From the NCBI RefSeq assembly GCF_009914755.1, contig NC_060931.1: a DNA stretch of 64,000 nt; one strand, 5' to 3'. The stretch comes from the human T2T-CHM13v2.0 reference genome, Homo sapiens. A program made the translations under genes and the position numbers. Below are positions 52,300 to 64,000 of this stretch, piece by piece (within the stretch, counting starts at the first letter, position 1; the number at the start of each line of letters is the position of its first letter). Below the pieces are notes generated by a model. It saw nothing but the letters and a program-made list of their open reading frames with translations. It had not been told where the DNA came from and made no database searches.

Positions 52300-53030
52300 A
52301 AAAAAACTGTTATTTTCTTGTAAAAACCCTTAACATGAGATCTACCCTCTTAGCAGATTTTTTAAGGTGTACAATACAGTATTGTGAATATAGGCACAAT
52401 GCTGTATAGCAGATCTCTGGAACTTGCTCATATTGCTTTATTGGAACTTTTTACCTTTTGATTAGCAAATCCCTGCATTTGGCCTCCCTGCCCGACATTG
52501 TTCTGTTCTCTGCTTCTATGAGTTTCACTATTTTAGGAAGCTCATTGAAGTGAAATCATGCAGTATTTATTCTCTTTGACCAGGTTATTTATCTCCCTGA
52601 GCATAAGTCTCAACCATCTTGTCACATATTGCAGGATTTCGCTCTTTTTTTTAAGTTAATATTCCATTATATGTATATACTACATTTTCTTTACCCATTC
52701 ATCTGTCACCAGGCATTTAGGTGCTTCTGTGTCTTGGCTATTGTGGATAATGCTGCAGTGAACATGGGAGTACAGATGTCTCTTTGACTTCTCAGTTCCT
52801 TTGGGTACATATCTGGAAGTGAGATTGCTGGATCATATAGTAATTATATTTTTAATTTTTTGAGAAACCTCCATACCATTTTCCATAACGGTTGTACAGT
52901 TTTGCATTCCTAGAAACAATATATAGCATTCAAATTTCTCCACATCCTCCCCAGCACTTGTCTTTTTTTTTGGTGGTCCCATCCCAACAGGTGTGAGGTG
53001 GTGTTGCACTGTGGCTTAGCTTTGCATGTT
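52300..53030 (-). mobile_element. L1MA9/MB-like 3' end
   Basis: TTAACATGAGATCTACCCTCTTAGCAGATTTT..TACAATACAGTATTG..AGCAGATCTCTGGAACTT. Confidence 0.85.
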
Positions 53031-53095
53031 ACTGCTTCCTTTTTTATTTCTCTCGGTCTCTGCCTTTCACACTAGAGGCTTTCCTCGGTTGTTTG

Positions 53096-53708
<613 letters not shown>

Positions 53709-53864
53709 CTGTTAGGCTATAAAGAGTCCCTTTGTTTATCTGTTAGCTTAATTTAAAAGTAAAACATATACTCTTCTAATTACATGCATTAATGTTGAAT
53801 GTTACCTTCAAAAGTTTATAGCTCTTATCCCTAATGCCAACAACATCTGATTACTTTGCACCAT

Positions 53865-54030
53865 ATGGCTGCAGTGTGGTGTATGGAAAGAAAGCTGGCT
53901 GGGGACCCAGCCAGGCTCAGTCATACTATTCTTTAGTAGTGTGACCTTATGCAGGCTTCTTAACTTCTTTGCTTGAAAGTTTTCTCAGCTGTAAAGCGCG
54001 GGCCTTCTATAACATGGTCCCTTAGCATCC
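53865..54030 (+). mobile_element. MIR
   Basis: GCAGTGTGGTGTATGGAAAGA..TAGTGTGACCTTATGCAGG. Confidence 0.6.
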
Positions 54031-54475
54031 TTATATTTGTAATATTCCCTCATTGTATGAGAAACTATGTCTATATTGGTCGTTCTTTTTCAGTTAGTAA
54101 TCAGATGTTTTCTGTGTATGTATATGCGTGTCTACATACACAGCGTGGTTGAAAATACATAAATACATGTAGTTAAAACACCACCCCCACTCAAAATAGA
54201 TTTAGGCTATATTTGCTAATGGATCCTCATAAGTTCTTGCAGATATTCTCATCCATGTGTCAATATTTGCACATAAATCATTATCCAGGCACTATATCAT
54301 TTTTTCTCACATCTTAGAAATGCTTTTATGTAAACATATTCCTGAACATATTTATTACTAGTCAATATCTAGTACTATAATTTATAAATTAATAAGAAAT
54401 TTAAGTTTTTATTTTTTTATCTTTTTTTAAAATCTAATTCCCCCCCTGCATGTTTGACTTGTGCTGGCAGAATAA

Positions 54476-54779
<304 letters not shown>

Positions 54780-54813
54780 ACTAGCAGAATAATTTTTTAA
54801 AAAATCTATGCAT

Positions 54814-55176
<363 letters not shown>

Positions 55177-55394
55177 TTAACAATACTTGTATTCGTTGGA
55201 ATTTGAAGTGATTTTTCTGTGTATTTAATATTTTTAACAATTGATATTTTATTGGGAAAAATCCATTTTAATAAAAGTACCATGCTATTATGAAGTAATT
55301 ATGAATCAGTAGTTGTTTAATTGAATTATAAAACCATATTCTTTATTGACTATTAAATCACACATCATTAAAAATATTTTTTTCTTCAATCTCT

Positions 55395-55660
55395 CTATTT
55401 TTTTAATTGAAGTATAATTTACACATATTAAAATGCACAGATTTTAACTATACCCTCTGAGTCTTTTACCCACTGTACTTAAAATATAAAACATTCCAGT
55501 AATCTCATAAAATTCCCTTAAATCCCTGTTATCCCTCTTAAATCAGTCCATTCCCTCTTCGCAGACAGCTACCGATCTGATACCTATCATCATGGATTAG
55601 TGTTTTCTGTTTGGAACATTGAATAAATGGAACTATGCACTCTTGTGTCTGACTATCCCA
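55395..55660 (-). mobile_element. Old L1M 3' end
   Basis: TTTAATTGAAGTATAATTTACACAT..AAAATGCACAGATTTTAA. Confidence 0.7.
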
Positions 55661-57667
55661 TTATCCATTTGATCACTGCTTACAGATCTTATGACTGTCT
55701 TAAAATACCCATTGTTCTTCTTTTCTTAATGTCTATGTAACTGGCCCTAAGTCACACAGCTGGGAAGTGCTAGAGCCAGGGCCTGGCCTCAGGTCCATGT
55801 GCCCCTGAGCTCTTTCCCCTAATCCTGTGTGTGCCGCTTTCCAAGGCCCCCGACTGGAAATCCGCTTGCTGGGGAGGGTTAGGTTGGACTGTAAATCACT
55901 TTGTCACTCTAAGGAATTTGTTCCTTATTCCTCATATATGGATTCTCCATTGTGGCACCATGACTCTTTGGGGTTGAAAAGAATAACAAACTGCAAGCTT
56001 GTTTAAAAAATAATCCAGTTTTTCTTCAGTGACTATTCATCAGGCAGCAGCTGTGAGTCAGATACTGTTCTAAGCAGGCTGCTGACTGCGCCCTGGATGT
56101 GGGATGATCTGTCTGTGCTGTGGAGTCCAGGAACTTGACTCTTGATGTGTCGGCATTTTGAGGTGTTTCCCCTTGAGCTGGTCAGGTTCCCTGGAGAAGA
56201 CTGTATTCCTCTTCTGCCTAGAAGGTGATAGCCTGGCTGCCAGTGTTCAGGAAGCAGAGTTGGGGCCTCCGTGCACAAATCCAGGTAATCTCCCTGTTTT
56301 CAGTGAGGCATCCTGGTGGCAGATACCCCAGAGTCTCCCTCTGCAAAGAGTGAACCTCCAGTGCTCCTCCAGGGTGGAGAGGGCAGTCACCTAGTTTGCA
56401 TGTGGGGAAAGGGATCCAGGCACTGATGGTTTTTTTCCTGCCTTTCATGGAGTCTTTCTTATTTTGGCTCTCCTGGGTGGGAAGACATGACAGACCACGT
56501 GGCCTTAGTCCCCACATTATAAGGAATAAAATCCAGATTTCTTAGCATGACATCCAGGATGTCATGGGTGGGTAGGTGGATGGGGTGGGGCAGATTTTGT
56601 GTTGGCAATTACATTGGCCATTTGTTTGTCCCATTGCCAACTGCGGCTTTGGGCCTCTTGGGTCAGCTTTCACACCTCCCACTGCTGTGATGTTTTCCAG
56701 CTGTCCGCATTTTGTCTTTTCTTGTGTTTCCACCTTTAAAAGAAAATCCTGTGCTTTTTTTTTGTTTTTAAATCTTGGAAGGCCTTTTTGAAAAAATCAG
56801 TTCAGGTATAAATTTCTTTTCATTAATTTTGCCTTTTAATGTATCCTCTTCACTCTGAGGCAAGTTCAGAAATCTGAATTTCCTTATTTACCGTGAATCA
56901 ATGTCATTTCGACTCCAACACTTGCCTGTTTCCCTGTCAGCAAATTATCCTTATTTATGCTTAAGGTAAATCTCCCCACTTACCTAGGCAGGCCAATGCT
57001 GTCCATATCTTGGATTCCATGTTAAGGAATTTGTATTTTATTCCTTCTAATGGGAGAACTGACCAAGTCCACATGGTTTCCTCGTGTCTGCCCACCCGGC
57101 TACTTCTGTGCCAGGCTTAGGGCACAGGAGTTTATACTCTCTATGCAAACCCCAGAACTTCATGAACCTGGAGTGGGGGCAGAAAGGCCCATTCAGGCCC
57201 AGATCAAGAGGAAGTCACTCTGGTGGCTGGATGACATTTTAAGTAATAGAAGAGGGCCAAAGAAAGTGTTCCAAAAGCACACTTATGCTGTCGGCATGAT
57301 TTTATGGTTGTCCACACAAAGAGGCAGACGGAATCTTCTTGAAAGTTTTTTGCTGGATTCCTTTTCTTGTTCCTGTCCCATCCCCCAAACTGGCATGTCT
57401 CTTCAATGCAGTCACTAACTAGTGTGGCTCAGTTCATAGGAAAGAGTGTCTGGTTGTTGTTTGTTGAATACTTTCTGCGATCATTATGCAGACAAGAAGA
57501 CCAAAAGCAGACAGATTATATTAGCTCTGTCTTCTTTCCTCATGCCACCTGTTTGCCAGGTTGGTCATATTTTCTATCCCCAAGTTAGGGGCTGTGGGGA
57601 GATGGAGGCCAGGGGATCTCACTTGGACCTATCAAGGAGTTGGAGCATGGCTATAAATACTTTTTCC

Positions 57668-57756
57668 AGTTGCTGCTTAGTTTTTAGCAATTCCTTCAAA
57701 ACTAGATAGAGAGAGTTGGTGCTTAGTTTTTAGCAGTTCCTTCACAACTAGATAGA
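57668..57756. repeat. 46-bp tandem duplication followed by GATA/GGTA repeats
   Basis: Two copies with 3 mismatches. Confidence 0.9.
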
Positions 57757-58483
57757 TAGGTAGGTAGATAGACAGAGCTTAAAACAATTATTAGCAAGTT
57801 TCCATGGGATTTTAATGGGAAAAGGAGAGAGGAAATGTTGGGCCTTTGCCTTTATTACCTGGAGTACGCAGAAGAGGGTTTCTTGAGGAAGTTTTAGGCT
57901 AGAACAGCTGAGTTTCTGCCCGCCTTGAAAGTCCACTATCAGAGAGATCCCTGCTGCCTGGAGCTCAGTGGAGATGGATGGACTTGCCTGGCTCATTAAG
58001 AGCAGGGCCGTATCACATCTGTCTTTCAAAACCTTGCATCTGACATAATTCGTGATGTGTAATAGGTGCTCAATAAAGGGTTGTAGATTGAATGACTAAA
58101 TGAGGCAGCGATCACCATGGCAGTCATCCACATCAGGGTGAGTAGTGGAAATGAATGAGGTTAGGAAGAATTATTGCATTAATTTTTAGGGCTCACCAGC
58201 TCAGTGCTTACAGGATCCAAATGAAAGAATAAACACTGCCCATTCTAGGATGATAAATGACAGCCGAAATTTGGCCTCAGTATAGGGGCAGAGAGTGGCA
58301 GCCTGGAGGGCACATGCCTCATCTGATGGGAGCTGTTGCCAGCTGCAGCCAGTAGGCATAATGACATACCTCCTAATTTTTTTTAGATTTAAGTAAAACT
58401 CTGGATGGTAGTGTGAAATATCTTTACTTTTCATTTCAAATTTATGATATTTTGAGTCACAAATAAAACACATATGTGGATCA

Positions 58484-58832
<349 letters not shown>

Positions 58833-59809
58833 AGAAGAGGCCTGGGTTGCTGGGAACCTTCATTTAAGGGGCAAGTGGAAGAAAAATAATCCTTCAACAA
58901 GACTGAAAAGGCGCAGTTAAAGAACCAGAGAGAGAAGTGACTCTGAATCTAAGAAGAAGACTTTAAGGAAGGCTGGTCAAGGTTGATGGACATCTGCTAT
59001 GATATGTGCTATGGGGAAGTCAGAGAACACAGTGAATTGCTTATGAATGCAGGGAGAATGCACATTCACATGCAGCTATTTTGGGTCTGACACAAGCATG
59101 GTGCAGTCTGTGACACTGGTATCACTTGGACCAAACTTGCTTTTAAAGTTGTTTCCATAAGGCTCTGGCAAGAAAAGAGTCCAAGATCATATAAATTTTT
59201 ATGTTGAAAGCCATCATTCGTATATCTATAATAAAGGACTTTAAAGGAGTATTTAAAATATTTCAAGGAATTTACATGAAACTGTCAAGGAATCACTATT
59301 TTTATATCTTCACCATGATAGGGTGGACCTTCGTCTTGTCTTTTGGGGGAAGTTATGACAGTAGATCCTATTCCAGGAAGTTTTATTTTACTGGAGGAAA
59401 GCCCAGTTAAAATCCCAGTGTTAATTTCCTGTCATGTTAACTACCAAAGAACAGATTTCCAAAGTGTCTCAAACATTTGACACAATCATTTCCGTTTTCT
59501 AAACTTGATCTGTGTTTCTTGGGTGATACATGCATTCTGATTCGAAATTGAACAAAGTATATTCTTAAGTATAACTATATCCTGTCTAAGGCAGTGGACT
59601 CATGGAGTATGTTTTCATTTTTATGTTAATTGTCGAGAGTTTATAAGTCATTGTAAATTAGTCTGAGTGCTTTGTGTGAGTTAGAAATTGTCTAGTAGAG
59701 CAAAACCCTTTTACTAAACTCCTCCTGTGTGCTTCCACTTGCTCAGAGCCATGCAGGCAACTTCTTACATGCAGAGGAGGGCGTAATCTAAGCCATACGC
59801 TGGTCATTG

Positions 59810-60165
59810 GGTGGACTTCCATGCCTCTATGCCTTTCTCATGTGTGTTTGCCTCTGCCTGTAATTTTCCATCCATTCCCAACCTCTTTTCCTTCTCTTCC
59901 TTCTTATGAAGTCCTAGTTATGCTTCAGGGATGATTTAATATGTCAGTCCTTCTGTAGAGATCCCTAAGACCTTCTTACCACTGTACCCATGAAACTTTA
60001 TATATAACTATGGATATGGCACTTATCAAATAATATATTTGGTATTTATTTTTCTCTTCCACATGACTGTGTATATCCTAAAGTCCATGTCACTAATTTC
60101 TGCATCTAGGCATGTATCTGACATAGGGGAGCTTTTCAATAACTGATGGTTGAATTAGGTGGAAT
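59810..60165 (+). mobile_element. L2 3' region
   Basis: CATGCCTCTATGCCTTT..CTCTGCCTGTAAT..ACATAGGGGAGCTTTTCAATAA. Confidence 0.6.
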
Positions 60166-60381
60166 TCCTCCAATAAGACATCACCCCAATGCATGACTTA
60201 GGCAAATAAGGTATTAACCCTGTGTGGTGTTGAAGAACCATTAAGCTTAAGAGTATTAAGGAGCTAAATGCCCTCTTATGTTTTGTTATGTAATTTAAAC
60301 AGAGGAACAAAAAATAAAATTCTTTAAGAGAAGAAGGACTAGATATGTCCGTAAGCCTTGATAAACTAATTATAAAACTTG

Positions 60382-60470
60382 TGGGTGCAGCACATCAACA
60401 TGGCACATGTATACATATGTAACAAACCTGCACATTGTGCACATGTACCCTCAAAATTAAAGTATAATGA
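60382..60470 (+). mobile_element. Very short 5'-truncated L1PA 3' end
   Basis: TGGGTGCAGCACATCAACATGGCACATGTATACATATGTAACAAACCTGCAC; TSD about AAAACTTG/GAAACTTG. Confidence 0.92.
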
Positions 60471-62789
60471 TAGAAACTTGACACAATTATATTTTAACGT
60501 ATTTCACATTGATTTAAAATTTAATTGTCGATAAGTCATCAGCGGCAAACCCAAACTGTAGAATTTTAATTCCCAATGATAGATTTTTCTAATCTGTAGT
60601 AGATTTCTTATTATGTTATGGCCTGATACACATAGCTTAGATGTGCCTTGAGTAAAATCATGACCCTGAAATCTAGCGACTGTAGATGTTTTACATATTA
60701 GAACTTAGGGCATAATTTTTCTCCCCAACAGCAGGGCTGGAAAGGTGATTACATTTCAGAAGGGTCCTTTCAGCCTGTGCCTTGTAGCGATTTGGGGCAT
60801 GACCCTTTGCTTTACACCTGCATAGCTGGTGTGGCCTTTTCTCCCAGGCTCCTGGGCTGGGCCTTTCCTCTTTCAGAGAGAAGGACCCAGGGAAGAGGGG
60901 CTGAAATGGGAGACATCGTTGTGTGCCAAGCATAGGATCATGCCTGGCCTATGGTAGGTTAGCATTTAATAAGTGTTTATGCAATATTGCTTGATTAAAA
61001 TAGCATTGATCTTTTAATCAATAACATTATTAAAATAAAAATGTTTTAAAATGTTAAAAATATTTTAATATCTTTACAATAACTATTGGCTATGCCTTAC
61101 AGTACTATTGTCTCTCTTTAAACCTCTCTTAGAAACTGTGTGTTAGGTTTGGTTTTATTCTTTGATTACTAGAAGTGCTTTTAAAGAAGGTACAGAGCTC
61201 TAAAAAGGGCTTCTTTCAAGTGTAGAGAGAGAAATTAGAAAAAACATCAAAGACAAAGACTTCTAAGAAGGAAAATAAAAATTGATTTACCTTCGCTTTA
61301 GAAGCTTCCCAAAAGGGGAGACTAGGAAAAATAGCAGACCAGACCATACTGAAGGCTTCCTTTATTCCCTCTGTTGTCTCATTCCCTGGTGCCAAGAGCC
61401 TCTTTGGGGAGATTACACTTTATGGCAAGGTTGCATTTGTTGTTATTTTGTTCTCATCGCCATCTGGGACAAGCTTAGGCATAATTCCTATTTGTATTTC
61501 AAATTTTCCTGCCAAAAACGTGTTGACCTATGTCTCCAAAGTAACGGAGGTTATGCATCATTTCTACTCTAGTTGTGGAAATCGACAAAATAATGTTTCT
61601 ACCACTAGCAAGAAAAATTGAGATGTTACTGTAGAGAACTTGCCATTGAAATGGCATTAGTGATAGGATTTGACGTTTTGAAAAAATAGATCCCATTCTT
61701 CTTGGCTTCCTGTTATACTCCTTGCTTAATTTCTGTTTCATGGACGCGATCACTATCTGTTGCAAGTGTGAGGATGAAGCCACAGATGGCTAGACTCTGA
61801 CCCCATAGGGGAGCCATTCTTACTAAAGAGATGGCTCTTAAGACCAAATGGAGCACTGGTAGAATGGGTGCCAGGTGAGTGGGAGAGACTGCCTTCCTCA
61901 TGGTCTGCTCGTGGCTGGTAATATCCTTGCAGGGGCCACCTCTACTCGTAGGGAATAAGGATGACACATAGCCACATAAAGGCAGGTCTGGAAACTCGCA
62001 AGATGTCCACCTGCTTACTTCTGAGAAAAAAAGTTTGGAATGGTGCACTCTGTATGTTTCTCAGCAGGCAGAGCGCTGGGTTTGTTGAGTGAGATTGTGT
62101 TACACGTACTCATAGACACAGGCAGGAGTTACCTGGACTTCATGTTTACAGTGTGTTTTAAATTCTATTGATGTTCGTATGTTGTGAATTCCATTTTGGG
62201 TGTATTCTGTACGAAAGGATGATCTTTTCAGAGTATGTAATGAATATTAACTTCTTAGTGACTTCAGAAGACCCATTTATTGGTTACTTGATAGTACAAA
62301 CACCAACAGCCATCTGAGTTCTGTAAATTGTTACTGAGATGAGCTTTTTTATTTTTGAAAAACGATCATTTCTCTATGCATAGATTATTATCACTGGCCA
62401 TCTCTACTACTGCTCAACTGAATTCCTTCCTCAACCATAACCATTGTGTAGTTTTTATATTTGATTATTTTCCTCATATATCGTTATCCTTGACTAAAGG
62501 CCTTTCTCCTTAGGAAATGCTTTAGACTACCTGGCCTTATAGCATCAATTTCATTTTTAAATGCCTGTGGAGACATGCTTGACTGCATATGAATTTTCTA
62601 GTAGAGTTCTGTAAGAATTCTTCACCTCCCAAAGACCATATGTATCCATCTTGGTTCCCAACAGTTTATAAGTGCCAGAATAATTTAAAAGACATTTTCC
62701 CTTTGCAAGTTAATTTAGAATAGAACATATTTTGTCAGAGAAAGTGGTGTGGGAAACAGCTTGGATCAAGCAGCCACAGACCTCTAGCG

Positions 62790-62995
62790 ACCTCACAGGC
62801 AGCACGGGGCCTGTAGAGGGCACTGCACCAGGAGTCTGATGATGTGGCCTGGGTCCCGGCCATGCCCAAATGAGGGGCGAAGTCTTTCCCAGTCACTTCT
62901 GCTCTCTTGGCTTAAGTTTCTTCACATGGAAAATGAGTCGTTGGCCTAATGATGCCCCAAAGTAGCGTTTAGATTTTAAAATGTCATTGATTCTA
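62790..62995 (+). mobile_element. MIR (MIR3/MIRc-like)
   Basis: CAGGAGTC..CTGGGTCC..AGTCACTT..AGTTTCTTCACATGGAAAATGAG. Confidence 0.6.
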
Positions 62996-63095
62996 GATTT
63001 TAACATCTACAAGTTCAACATGAACGTCGACAGCTCATTTAGTCTTCATAATCCTCTTTGTACCAAAGCAGATTTTGTGATCGCATTCTGAAAAC

Positions 63096-63522
63096 ATCAG
63101 GAAAACTAGGATATGCTACAGCACTTACCAACCATAAAATCAGGAAATCTAGGTTATGCTACAGCACTTACCAACCAAGAAATCTCAGTGGCTTAAAGCA
63201 AGTTTATTTCCTGCTTAGGGTGCACAGTTAGTGTGGGTTGAGTGAGGTGTCACTGCTCGTCACAGTTACCCAGGGACTCAGGCTGATGGAGCAGCTGCCA
63301 TCTCAGATGCTGCTGATAGCTGTCAGAGGGAAGCAGTATGGTGGATTTGTATAAAACTCACGGACTCCTGAGCCTTGTACTGTAACTGAGTCCCTAACTT
63401 CTGCCTGCCTTTCTTTTCTGCAGCAGGTGACCATCACTGATGGAGGGGGCAGGAGAGTGTGCTCCTACCAGGACTGGGAGGAGAGCTGGTGCTATGTGGT
63501 GGGCGGCAGTATTGGCACCACA
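63096..63522 (-). mobile_element. MaLR LTR (MLT1I/J-like) with a 43-bp tandem duplication at 63096-63185
   Basis: CTAGGTTATGCT..AAATCTCAGTGGCTTAA..CAGGGACTCAGGCTGATGGAGCAGC. Confidence 0.75.
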
Positions 63523-63819
63523 TGTTACAGAGGGCTGCTTCTGACCAAAGCCAACTTTAGGAGAGAGTTTTAATTGACGCCTGACAGACCTTTGCTGGGC
63601 TCATTTCCATACTGTGCCCAATGAGAAAGAACTATGAGGAATGGGGAAAAGGCCTCAGGTAGAAAGTAGAGAAGAGTCATGGGATTGATGCAGGGGTCAG
63701 AAAAATGGTGGGGCACACCAAATAAACATTTTGGCAGGCGGTCAAAAGGCCTAGAGTTAATGGCTAAAGTGAGGCCAAGATGATATTGAAAATGTTCATC
63801 TTTCATGTTGAAAGACTAA

Positions 63820-64000
63820 TGTGCAGTCACTTCTAGCATGATGGGGATCGTGGTTTTCCTCATAGCTGTCCCCTGTAGAAGTCTCAGTTACTCCTCATCC
63901 TTCAAGACTTAATGCAAATATTTATCTGCGTGTATTTTCTTTTCCTACTGAAATGTGAATGTTTCCAGGACAAGGAGCCATTTCATCCTAGCACCTAGTT
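63820..64000 (+). mobile_element. L2 3' region
   Basis: CTCCTCATCCTTCAAGACT..CCTACTGAAATGTGAA..CCAGGACAAGGA. Confidence 0.55.

Overview
Primate genomic DNA, human or a close catarrhine relative since AluY is present. It is AT-rich and CpG-depleted, with no CpG island and no protein-coding exon, RNA gene or processed pseudogene that I can recognise. The longer ORFs in the track are Alu, L1 or microsatellite read-throughs or chance frames. Roughly half the window is interspersed repeats: about 14 Alus, many L1M/L1PA fragments, L2, MIR, CR1/L3, MaLR and ERV LTRs, and Tigger/Charlie MITEs. The + strand is T-rich and most L1s and all intact LTRs are antisense, which suggests the window lies inside a very long intron of a + strand gene; I cannot name it. 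I found no evidence for a new multi-gene system. The best candidates for undescribed function are: (i) a 21-unit, 42-bp L2-derived minisatellite at 45944-46818 that has higher-order structure and is a dense array of 5' splice-site/U1 motifs; (ii) an LTR9B-like stub that keeps an OCT-SOX plus KLF cassette but has lost its downstream half; (iii) several cryptic-exon and recursive-splice candidates. There are also several unusually clear retrotransposition fossils. Repeat subfamily names come from recalled consensus sequences, and boundaries are approximate unless TSDs are cited.
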